Assembly (NCBI RefSeq): GCF_036365525.1
Contig: NC_090389.1
Coordinates: 54,505,885-54,569,884 of the forward strand
Length of the DNA: 64,000 nt
Direction: 5' to 3'
DNA from: Heterodontus francisci
Taxonomy: Eukaryota
The notes under the pieces were generated by a model. It searched no databases, was not told the origin of the DNA, and saw only the letters and a list, made by a program, of their open reading frames with translations. Below are positions 50,002-61,322 of this stretch, piece by piece. Position numbers and translations under genes: made by a program. The stretch's first letter is position 1. Every line of letters begins with the position of its first letter.

Positions 50002-50950
50002 AGAGTAGTAGGGGCGTGGAACGCCCTGCCTGCAACAGTAGTAGACTCGCCAACTTTAAGGGCATTTAAGTGGTCATTGGATAGACATATGGATGAAAAT
50101 GGAATAGTGTAGGTCAGATGGTTTCACAGGTCGGCGCAACATCGAGGGCTGAAGGGCCTGTACTGCGCTGTAATGTTCTATGTTCTATATCATCCTGTAA
50201 TCTCAGGCTTTCCTCCTCACTATTTACCACACCACCAATTTTCGTGTCATCTGCGAACTTACCACCAATTTTCGTGTCAGCTGCGAACATACGCCACCAA
50301 TTTTCGTGTCATCTGTGAACTTAGTATACTGTATTCGCTGCTCACGTCGTGGTCTCCTCTACATTACGGAGACCAGACGCACACTGGGTGACCACTCTGT
50401 GGAACACCTCCATTCAGGCTGCAGGTGTGACCCCGAACTTCCAGTCTCCTGTCATTTTAATTCTCCGCCTCGCTCCCACTCTGATCTTTCTGTCATTGGC
50501 CTGCTGTAGTGTTCTAATGAAGCTTAACCGAAGCTCGAGGAACAGCACCTCATCTTTCGACTGGGCAGTTTACAGCCTTCTGGACTCAACAGTTAGTTCA
50601 ACAATTTTAAATTGTAACCTCTGCCCCATGTTGTTTTGTTTCTCTTTGCTTTTTTCCTCGCTTTTTTCTCTTTTACTTGCCCCTTTTTTTTGCTAATGAA
50701 TGGCAGCTGTTCAGGATCCTGCCATTCACACCTCCTCTGGACCCTTTTTTTGTTTCTTCACTTATCCCATTACCGCTCCATTTAGCCTTACACAATGAAA
50801 CCTTTTGTCATTTAATCTCTCCTGCCCTCCACCCTATCAGAGACCTTCCCTTCTATTCTTCTTCCCACCCTCCCCCCCCCCCACCTTTCACTTGTTCAAA
50901 ACCTATTACATTTCTAACTTTTCCCAGTTTTGATGAAAGGTCTCTGACCT

Positions 50951-53510
50951 AGAATCATAAAATGGTTACAGCACAGATGGATGCCTTTTGGCCTGTAGTG
51001 ACAGTGCCGGCTCTCTGCAAGAGCAACTCATCTAGTCCCACTCCTACACCTTTTCCCCGTAGCCTTACAAGTTTTTTCTCTTCAGATAATTATCCATTTC
51101 TCTTTGGAAGGCCTCGATTGAATCTGCCTCCACCACACTCTCAGGCAGTGCATTCCAGCTCCTAACCATGTGTAAAATGTTTTCCTCATGTCGCTGTTGA
51201 TGTTTTTGCCAATCACCTTAAATTGATGTCCTCTGGTTCTGAATCCTTCTGTCAATGGGAATAGTTTCTCCCTATCTGTCCAGACCTCTCATGATTTTGA
51301 ACACCTGTATAAAATCTCCTCTTAATCTTCTCTTCTCCAAGAAGAACAGACCCAGCTTCTCCAGCCTACCCATGTAACTGAAATTCTTCATCCCTGGAAC
51401 CATTCTCGTGAATCTTTTCTACACTCTCTCTAATGCTTTAACATCCGTCTGAAAGTGTAGTGGCCAGAACTGACACAATACTCCAGTTGAGGCTGAACCA
51501 GTGTTTTATGTAGGTTTATCATAACCTCCTTGCTTTAGTACTCTGTTCCTCTATTTATAAAGCCCAGGATCCCATATGCTTTATTAACCACTTTCTCAAT
51601 CTGCCCTTTAAAGTTACATTGCCTCACCTCGTTCTTTCTACCAAAATGGATCACTTCATACTTTTCTGCAATAAAATTTCATATGCAATTTTCCACCCAT
51701 TCCACCAGCCTGTCTATGTCCTCTTGGAGTTTATCAACATCCTCCTCACAGTTCACAATACTTCCAAGTTTTGTGTCATCTGCAAATTTTGAAATTGTGT
51801 GCTGTACACCCAAGTCTAGGTCATTAATATATACCAAGAAAAGCAGGGCTCCCGGCACCAATCCCTGGGAACCCCACTGTATACCTTCCTCCAGTACAAA
51901 AAACAACTGTTCACATCAACTTTCTGTTTCCTGTCACTCAGCCAATTTCACTCGTATCCATGCTGCTACTATCCCGTTTATTCCATGCTCCAACTTTGCT
52001 GACAAGCCTGTTATATGGGACTTTATCAAATGCCTTTTGGAAGTTCATGTACACCACATCAACTGGATTACCTTCATCAACCCCCTCTGTCACCTCATCA
52101 AAAAACTCAAGCAAGTTAGTTAAACATGATTTTCCCTTAAATAATCCATGCTGGCTTTCCTTAATTAATCAACATTTGTCAAAGTGACTGTTAATTTTGT
52201 CCCGCATTATCATTTCTAAAAGCTTTCCCACCACCAAGGTTAACCTGACTGGCTTGTAGTTGCTGGGCTTGTCCTTGCACCCTTTTTTGAACAAGGGTGT
52301 GACATTTGCAATTCTCTATTCCTCTGGCACCACCTCTGTATCTAAGCAGGATTGTAAGATTATGGCCAGTGCCTCCACAATTTTGATTCTTAAGTATCCT
52401 TGGATGCATCACATCCAGTCCTGGTGACTTATCAACTTTAAGTACAGCCAGCCTATTAAGTACCTCCTCTTTATCAATTTTTAGTCCATCCACTGTATCA
52501 ACTACCTCTACTTTCAACATGACTTGGGCAGCATCTTCTTCCTTGGTAAAGACAGGTGCAAAGTACATATTTAGTACCTCGGCCATGCCCTCTGCCTCCA
52601 TGTGCAAATCCCCTCTTAGGTCCCTAATTAGCCCCACTCCTCCTTTTACCACCCTTTTACTATTTATGTGCCTATGGAAGATTTTTAGATTCCCTTTTAT
52701 GTTAGCCACGAGTCTCTTCTCATACTCTCTCTTTGCTGCTCTTATATCTTTTTTCACTTCCCCTCTGAACCTTCTATATACAGCCTCGTCGTCAATTCTA
52801 TTATTCACCTGACATCTGTCATATACACCCTTTTTCTGCTTCATCTTACTCTCTATCTCTTTCATCATCCAGGGAGCTCCTACCTTTCACCCTCATGGGA
52901 ATGTCTCTTGACTGTATCCAAGCTATCTCCTCTTTAAAAGCAGTCCATTGTTCAGTTACAGTTTTGCCCTCCAATCTTTGATTCCAATTTACTTGGGCTA
53001 GATCCATTCTCACTCCATTGAAGTTGGTCCTCCCCCAATTAATTATCTTCTCTGGATTGCTCCTTGTCCTTTTCCATAGCTAACCTAATCCTTATGATGC
53101 TATGGTCACTGTCCCTTAAATGTTCCCCTACTGACACATGATCTACTTGACCCACCTCATTGCCTAGAACCAGATCCAGCCTCCTTCTTCGTTGGACTGG
53201 AAACCTACTGATGTAGAAAATTCTCCTGAACTCTAGAAACACTTGCCCCTCTCTAACTTATTTATGTCCCAGTCTAAATTAGAATAATTAAAGTCCCTCA
53301 TTATAACTATTCTATAATTCTTGCACCTCTCTGTAATTTCCTTACAAATTTGTTCCTCTATATCCTTCCATTAGTTGGTGGCCTATAGAATACCCCCAGC
53401 AATATATTGGTCTCTCTATTATTTCTTAGCTTTAACCAAATAAATTCTGTCCTTGACCCCTGTAGGACATTCTCTCTCTTCAACACTGTAATGTTCTCCT
53501 TAATCAATAC
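50951..53510 (-). mobile_element. Decayed CR1 LINE (APE to 3' UTR)
   Basis: ORFs 51679..51906, 52191..52868 and 53039..53242 (LDLVLGNE, SDH, KFADD). Confidence 0.85.
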
Positions 53511-54409
53511 AGCTTTCATTGTGCAAAATAAGGCATCAGTTGTCCAAAAAAATAAAAAAACAAATTAGCCTAAGAAATTTCCTCTGTGTTCCTGGAAGGA
53601 CCCTTTGCCATTAAAGTTGTGGGTAGTGACACACTTCATTGTGATTGTCGCTGCATTACAAAAGATTGATTTGACCCAGCAAGTTTGCATAAACAGGTGA
53701 TACACCTCAGTTACAGCCATACTGATGAGCCTAGGCCTCTTTATGCACTGAACCTCTGGTATTTTCAGGTAACTGATACTGTTGCAGTAAGTCAATTGCC
53801 TGAGGCAGGACTTGCTGCGAGTTATACATCTTCTATGCTCTCTGTGGTCTCGAGTCCACCTGCTCTACTGTGGTATAACTGCCATTGGCTGTTACACACT
53901 TCCTTTGAATATATTTTTTTTAAATCCTATATACTATTCACGTTTGTCCTGGTTACAGTTATTCTATATAAATCCTCCTCTTTATTAAGCTCACTATGCC
54001 AGATCTAACTTGCGCTAGGATATTCAATATTTACTGGACTGTGCAGCTGCAGAATGCTGCACAAATAAAGACCTTAACAAGCAAAATATGGTCTCTTTTT
54101 GTTAGTTTGTTTACCTATTTTTGAAGGATTGGAGTCCTGAGAGCAGAGTTAAACAAAATGGGTGAGAAGCTCTGCTAGAGTTGTCTTGTTTGCTCCACCA
54201 CCAGCAAAGAGATGAGGAAATCCTGGAAAAACCAAGTTGGGTCTTCCCACATATCTGTGGACAGGAAAGCGACCCTGCGGCAGTGTATTGCTGAACTGAA
54301 TGCACAGTCTGTTGGTGACCACAATGACTGCCTGCAGCACCAGCAGCAATACTTAAATCTGCTGCTGGACACTTTGATGCCTTATGGGGGCGCCAATGAA
54401 AAGTAAATG

Positions 54410-54840
54410 TTCACATACACTTTTCAATTGGGCACTCTACAGCCTGCGGGACTCAACATAGAGTTCAATCATTTTAGATCATAATCTCTACCCCCATTTT
54501 TTTCTTATATCATGTTTTTTTGTCAGTTCATTTCCACCCCCACGTTTCTTTCTTTGTGTTCGGATGGCTGCTATTTGGTCATTTACACCTCATCCAGACA
54601 CATCTTTTGTTTCTTCACTTGGCTTTGTATCATGAAACCTTTTGTCATTTAATCTCTTCTGCCCTTCACCTTATCACACACCTTCCCTTCTGTTCTTTTT
54701 CCCACCCTCCACCCCCTTTCATTTGCTTAAAACTTATTACATTTCTAACTTTTGCCAGTTTTAAAGAAAAGTTACGACCTGAAACGTTATCTCCGTTCTC
54801 TCTCCACAGATGCTGCCAGACCTGCTGAGTATTTTCAACA
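54410..54840 (+). mobile_element. Penelope 3' terminal fragment
   Basis: Similar to 50550-50950 (LGTLQPAGLNIEF end and pyrimidine-rich terminal repeat). Confidence 0.7.
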
Positions 54841-55039
54841 TCAAAGTGACTCCTGACAACGCAGCACCCGTCCAACCCCCCACCGACATCATCAGAGTGC
54901 CCCCCAGATTCGCACATGCACAGAACAGACTTTTGCTGCCAGTGTGGTTCTGTGCATGCGCAGCCTACGTCAGCAACCGGCTTGCCAGGACTAATTCGCG
55001 CATGTGTCACTCGTCACTCCCGGCCTCGCCACTTTTCCC

Positions 55040-55312
55040 CACTCAGCTCCCTCCCGCTTCTGGTCCCCGCTCCTTCCCGTTTCTGGTCTCCGCTCCTTCC
55101 CGTTTCTGGTCTCCGCTCCCTCCCACTCCTGGTCCCCGTTCCCTCCTGCTTCTGTTTCCTGCTCCCTCCCACTTCTGGCCCCCGCTCCTGGTCCCCGCTC
55201 CCTCCCGCTTCTGGTCTCCGCTCCTGGTCCCCACTCCCTCCCTCTTCTAGTCCCTGCTCCCTCCTGCTTGTGGTCCCCGCTCCCTCCCGCTTCTGGTCCC
55301 TGCTCCCTCCCA
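55040..55312. repeat. About 23-bp minisatellite (CTGGTCCCCGCTCCCTCCCGCTT-like)
   Basis: Visible tandem units with length variants. Confidence 0.85.
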
Positions 55313-55721
55313 TGATTGCAGCCTTTTTTCCCCGCAGTATAGAAGAGAGAGAGTGACAAGATAGGCAGGGGAGGGGAGGGAGACTGCGAGCAAGAGGGAG
55401 CAGGGGAGCAAGCGGCCGAGGGGGAAGAAGGAGCGAGGCCATGGATTCTGTTGAATTGCACACACAATTCCGCACATGCAGCTATCCTGCAGCTCTTTTT
55501 AAAATGCTCGCTGGTTTAAAATTCGGGTTTGTGTCTGAAATAATCATCAATTAAATTCATTAAACAGCCCGTTGTGGGGAACAGGAGCGGGGACCAGAAG
55601 TGGCCATTTTGATTTCATTTGTTTTCGTTTTTGTGATAAATTGAGCAGTGCCATCTTTGCTACTGGCAGCTGCCAAATGATTTCAGTGCATGAGGCTGCA
55701 ATTGCGTATGTGCAAGTACTA

Positions 55722-55734
55722 CGCCACCTAGTGG
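55722..55734 (-). promoter_or_regulatory. Consensus CTCF motif
   Basis: Minus strand CCACTAGGTGGCG fits CCACYAGRKGGCR. Confidence 0.5.
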
Positions 55735-56159
55735 TTGCACTGTCAGCAAATGCAGCCTTTCAACATTTTCTGTTTTTTATTATCTTTGAAAAATGAGAAG
55801 CATGAATGCATTCAAGCTGCCATATCCATCTGTCCATGGCTACAGAACATGCATGACTGGGCCTACCCTTTCAGAGGGAGTTCGGCTTGTCGCACGAGTG
55901 ATAGTTGAAAACTGCAATACATTCTGCTTCTTTTAAATCAAAATCACAATTCAAAATATCTCCTACTTCAAATTTTTAACTAAATTCTCACTGCTGTTTT
56001 ATGCTGTTTAATTCAAATTATTGGATAATTTTTCTTTAAGTGAGGAGATGGGAATGGATTATTGGAACCAAGGATAAAAAAAAACGTCACATTTCAGCAT
56101 TTACCACTGGACACATGTTGGTGATGGTGCCCCTAATCAGGAATCAGGCTATCACCGTG

Positions 56160-56600
56160 TATTGGTTTGCTTCAGTTGATAGCACTTTTATCTCTGAGTC
56201 AAAATGATTCAGGTTTGAGTCTAGGACTTAAGAACATAATCTAAGGTTGACACTCTAGTGCAGTACTGAGGGACTGCCGCACTTTGGAGGTGCTGTCATT
56301 CAGGTGAGATGTTAAACTTTGCCTATTTTGCTGGATGTTAAGATCCCAAAATGTATTCAAAGGAATTTCTCCTGGTGTCTTGACCAACACTCTTCCCTTA
56401 GCCAACACCACCATAAACAGATTAACTAGTAATTCCTCTCAATCATGTTTGAGGGATCTTGTTCTGTGCAAAATGGCTGCTCTGTTTTCCTACATAACAA
56501 CAGTCACTGCAGCTCAAAAGTATTTCATCGTGTGAGAAGCACTTTGAGACATTCTGGGAGGTGTGATCGGGGCATAGATCAGGTATAAATGCATGTTTTT
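56160..56600 (+). mobile_element. Deu-domain SINE
   Basis: Same family as 24912-25270 (GTGCAGTACTGAGGGA, AAAATGGCTGC). Confidence 0.6.
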
Positions 56601-57617
56601 TTCTTTCTTTACTCAGGCTATTTGTAGTTCTTTTTCTGGAGTATTTCTTTAAGGATATAAAATAAGAATGTGATTAACTAGAATAGGTACCAAATTGAAA
56701 TCTGAAACTAGGAGACTGAAACTGAACCCACTTGAGTTCATTTACAATTCAGACATTCTGAAAGGAAATTATATTCCACATGAGCAGAGGGGCAAAGAAT
56801 TCTGCACATCCTGCTTCTTTTTTCTATTATATAATCAGATTTTTCAACACCACCATAAACAGAGGTCAGGCCATCAAGGTGTGCAAAGTATCTGGAAGCT
56901 GCTTTTATATTGTACGAGACTGATATTAAAGCTACCAGCTCCAGAAAGCAGATTTGACAACCCCAAAGTAAACATTAACTCTGTTTCTCTCCACAGTTGC
57001 TACCTAACCTGCTGAATGTTTAAGCATTTTCTGTTTTTATCCCAATGTAAAATTGCCAGTTTCATTAAGACACATTACTCTGAATTGCTCCTATATAGAC
57101 CAAAGGTGTTGTTGTTTAATCACTGGGATGGGGGCTACTATGATCGATTTAGAATAGTAAACAAATTTTGAATGTTTTTGCCTCATTTAACTACTTCCTA
57201 AAGGTGATATTTTCTCATTTTATGAGCAATCGGGTGTAATCTCAACAGCACACACTTCCGTTCCATTTATAGCCACAATGACCATGGACAACCATTTCCT
57301 TTAGTGCTTAATAATCCGCCCGATTCCTCAGAGGTGCTTTGAAGAAGATTGTTTCCACATCACTATTTGTATAATTCCTTTCATTTATAAAATAAAGGTC
57401 CTTTGCAGATTGATGGATTAAAGCAGAAACAGAGTCAGACCATGGTCTTCAATTGGTTCACTTCTTATGGAACATATTTGTGTTTTTGCTCAATTAAAAC
57501 GGATTTTTTTTCAGAGCTTAAAATGGGAAACACCACATCACAACTCCATATTTTAGTTCTAAGAGGTAATTTACCTTTCTATAACATTAGCTGATCTCCC
57601 ATGGCATTGCTCACAGT

Positions 57618-58352
57618 GTCCGAAATTTTACATCCTCACCCATTCCCCACCCCCCCCCCCCCCCCAACCCCGCAATGGGCTGCGAGGCAGTGGGCTGGGG
57701 GGGGGGGGGGGGAGGGAGGTGCGTTAAACCGGGTGAGATGGCAGGGGGTACCGTGCCTGTCGCCTACCCACCTCCATTGGTATTTTACTAGCAGCGGGGT
57801 AGGCGGTGGGTGGCCCGCCAGCCCTTAAGCCAATTGAGACCCTAAAGTGGCCAATTAAAGGCCGCTTAAGGGCATCTTCCTGCCGTCGCTGGCAGAAGGG
57901 CACCACCACCTGGGGAGGCCCCCCGTAAACCTGGAAGCTTCTTTGCAGGCTGGCGAGTGGGGTCCCTCCTGATCGGGCCCCCTGTGCCCCATGGAGAGCC
58001 CTTCCAGCATCACAGGCCACCCCTGCCATCGCAATTGACTCCTCCCCTTTGCTGGGGCCTGGCTGAATGACCCCGGCAAGCCCCGACCCCACTTACCATC
58101 TTCTCTGGCCTCCACCGCTGGCTGGGTCCGAGGTCTGCTGCAGTCCCAGCATTGTCCACCGCCCTCTGATTGGGCGGCAGCTCTTGGAGGCAGGACATCC
58201 TGCTTCAGAAGGGCAGAAGACACAACTTCAGGCAATTAATTGCCCGAGACACGCAAAATAGCATCATGGCCTCCAGGACCAGCAGAGGCGGGCTTGCCCC
58301 CAACTTTCCAGTCAGTGGGCGGGGCCACCGCCTCCTTGTTAAATTTCAGCTA
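57618..58352. mobile_element. GC-rich MITE related to 36767-37444
   Basis: GAAATTTTAC..GTTAAATTTCAG ends; shared internal motifs (CCCTCTGATTGGGC, GCCAATT). Confidence 0.55.
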
Positions 58353-59819
58353 GTGAGTCAGAGGATATGCTGTTTTATCCCAACTTATAAATTGAAGTTT
58401 TTGTCTAATATGGTTATTCCCTCTTTGAGTTCTGAAAAAAATCAATTTTTATTGAACATATACTATGCTTTTGGGGCAACTGATTATGTTCAATTATTAT
58501 TACACTGCATCGTGGTATTTAGAGATCAGATTCTATGATTATGGGTGAAATTTTATCAGTGGCTTTGATTGCTATTATGTTTTCATTAATTTTATGTGTT
58601 ACTTTTTTTAAATAGAGAATGCGTGTGCGTAAAAATGAATAAAATTCTTGCATCAATCACACATCAGTGACACTTCAAACGGCAGACTTAATAGTGTTAA
58701 AAGTATTTTTGTTCAAAAAAACATTTCCTGCTGTCTTTCTGACCTTGATGACTTGGCCTCTCCCGAAGCTCACGTGCCAGGAATTTATAAGCAGCTGATA
58801 TGTATAAACAGTTCCCTCCCAAGGAGCCTCCAGTTAACCTCAGGATATGCTATTTATTATCTCAGGATATACCCCACAAAGAGTACTTGAACATGAACTT
58901 TAAAAGGAACACAACAACCTCTCAACAGCTGAACCTCACCCCAATGCTCCAAATCCAAAGTTACTATCAACAACATCACAGGAAACCTTGGGATTTGCAA
59001 CATAAATTAAAGACAGACATAACCACAGCAATGTGCTATCATCAATTCTATGCCTTATCCAACGACAATTTCATATGCTCTTTAAAAATGTTTCTTTTTA
59101 ATTCCTAGTTACAGGTCTACTCTGTGGAGCTCCATATAGAGCTGTTTGCAATGTGGCAGATGGGTCAGTGATTCATGGCACAGAGATCCCTCTGTAACAT
59201 ATGCAGCCAGTGTACTCAGCCTCTTTAGAGAAGGAAATCAGGTTAGCTGTGTTCCTCCTGCTTTCTGTCTAGTAATTGCTTTCCTGCTGATTATTAAAAA
59301 AGAAAGCACAGAGAGGACAAGTGTGCTTGCAACTGCCCAGGCATGAAGATTGACATATGAAGAGTGCATTGTTTCAGGGGGATCAAATCCACAAGGATAC
59401 AAACAATATTAAAACTTTAACTGAGATGGTTTATTACACCCTTTGAAAGCAACTTCAGGATCAATGTAGTCTTGGCAAATATTAGCAGCTGAAAGCTGGA
59501 GGAGTACAGTACTCAGCTGGTACTGAAGAATAGAAAGGATATTGATTTCCGTTGTCAGTGGAAACATTTGTTGGTAGAAAGAACATATGGTTGCTGTCAG
59601 CTGAGCATGTCAGAAGCTTCACCCAACATGAAATGTCTGTTCTCATCTAGAGTGCAGCAAGATGCTGATAATAAAAAATTCTTAACACAGGGATTTTTCA
59701 TTGCTCTACAGCTGAGACATAGGAAGCAGGAAGCATTTTGCATCAAAAGCACAAGGAGTTGCTTGTCCCTTTTCATCACCTCTACTGCAAGCAGCTAACT
59801 TTGAAATGAGGTCACATAC

Positions 59820-59977
59820 CTGCTGAGGTACTTTGAAGCGGACATAAGAACAAAGCTTCAACATCTCTTCCATCTCCTCAGGGGTAGATGGAATTAGGGG
59901 GACTTTACTAACATCTCCTGTTTGCTCCAGTGACTTCAGTTCTTTCACAAATTTACTTTCATTGGGATACTGCAGAC
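59820..59977 (-). CDS. ABHD6: ABHD6 internal coding exon (158 nt)
   Basis: ttcttggtatag|GT CTG...CAG|gtatgt; GLQYPNESKFVKELKSLEQTGDVSKVPLIPSTPEEMEEMLKLCSYVRFKVPQQ resembles human ABHD6. Confidence 0.96.
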
Positions 59978-61241
59978 CTATACCAAGAAAGAAAGATTTC
60001 AACTGATTAAAATGAACCAGCAATATGACAAATCATCATTCTGAGTTCATGGTCTAGTTGAGCTTTGCAGGTTCTGTCTGTAGTGAATCATGAGTTAATG
60101 TCTTGTAAATGTGGATTCGCCATGGCTTTGGCCCCTCCATATGAAAAAGAATACGATTCCAGTAAACAGAGGACATCAATGCTTTATTATTCTGTACAGC
60201 TTGATTGCTCCCAATCTATTGCAGTGTTGGCCTGAGGCAAAGTCAGTTGAAATGAACCACGTGAACCACAATAACCTTCATTAAATCTCAGGTGTCACAT
60301 TAAATTTTAAACCATTTAAAATTAGTTGGCACTTTATCTGCCTGCTCTGTTACAACGTTGTTTTCTTTTCATTGTTTTCATGATCCTTTCCAAATTACCA
60401 TGCACAGTCTGCTACAAAGCTCTTAGAATACAGTACAGAAACAAATAGATACTACAAACAGATAGTTGGCACAGCTGCCTGATCTTACAGTTTTCGTTAC
60501 TGATTTTCCACTAACTTCAACTGTGTCTAAGGAAAGATTATAACACTCGTGCACTGACAGCGTTAAGAATGACTTCAGTCCCAATGACAAATGACTGAAA
60601 TCCAATCTCTCAGGCAGCCTGGCAATTCTAGCATAACAGCAATGGACTTGCAACTAGCCAGCATGAATTAAACCCTTTGAATCATACTGTATGCTGTCAC
60701 CAGAATTAGCTCCAGCTCCCGAGAAAAGGCTCACCAGTATGACTGATGGAATGAATGACCATCTCAGGAAATAATTTCTCCATAAGCTACCAGTGGCAAA
60801 TATAAATGGGTGCCACTGATGGTGCTGGATGCCACGTGCTATCATTTTGTTCCAACTGTTTTTGAAATAAGCTTTCAATTCCCAGCACGGGACAGTAACA
60901 TGGTTTTTGCTTCGCTGGCCTGTACAAACATCCCTGATGTTTATTGAAGATTCACAGCCAGAAATTTAAATTTATAATTGTGACTGGGAAGCTACTTGTA
61001 CAAGATGAAGTATGCAAAGCTGCTATAAGGTTGTGGCTATGACCTCAGAACATCTGTGCATGTACCGTTCCATAAGTGTTGATCTAAATTCTGCTCCACA
61101 ATCTAAACAGATGAAACCCAAGGACTTAACACATCACACAACACAAAAGCAAAATACTGCAGATGCTGGAAATCTGAAATAAAAACAGAAAATGCTGGAA
61201 ATGCTCAGCAGGTCTGGCAGCATCTGTGGAGAGGGAAACAG

Positions 61242-61278
61242 AGTTAACGTTTCAGGTCTGTGACCTTTCATCAGAACT
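61242..61278 (-). ncRNA. Minimal type I hammerhead ribozyme motif in a Penelope terminal fragment (61145-61278)
   Basis: AGUU CUGAUGA A AGGUC-ACA-GACCU GAAAC GUU AACU: complete core, stems I and II paired, palindromic stem III. Confidence 0.7.
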
Positions 61279-61322
61279 TAACACATCAGCTCTGAAGTAT
61301 AAATATACTGAGACTGGGATAA

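Larger units (their letters stand above)
46199..50183 (+). mobile_element. Young near-full-length CR1 LINE, copy 2
   Basis: TSD TCTATAT at 46192-46198 and 50184-50190; (TGTTCTA)n tail; both ORFs present. Confidence 0.95.
45346..50320 (-). mobile_element. CR1 3' fragment (parts 45346-46198 and 50191-50320), TSD TTAGT
   Basis: ORFs 45427..45654, 45654..45929 and 45957..46160; TSD at 45341-45345 and 50321-50325. Confidence 0.85.
41340..50950 (+). mobile_element. Penelope-like element (RT plus GIY-YIG-type endonuclease), split by nested insertions
   Basis: ADKGGAV (about 41850), TRMG|PSYA across 42458/42868, FFRYIDD (42945-42966), RLS|TNIH across 43122/44756, TCTSFNLVYCIRCS..LYITET across 45345/50325, terminal repeat to 50950. 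Confidence 0.85.

Noticed and set aside
54810-55477. Cluster of overlapping 100-158 aa ORFs
   Set aside because: By-product of a stop-poor minisatellite.
59706-60023. 105-aa ORF as a standalone gene
   Set aside because: Only 59820-59977 is exon; the flanks are intronic read-through.
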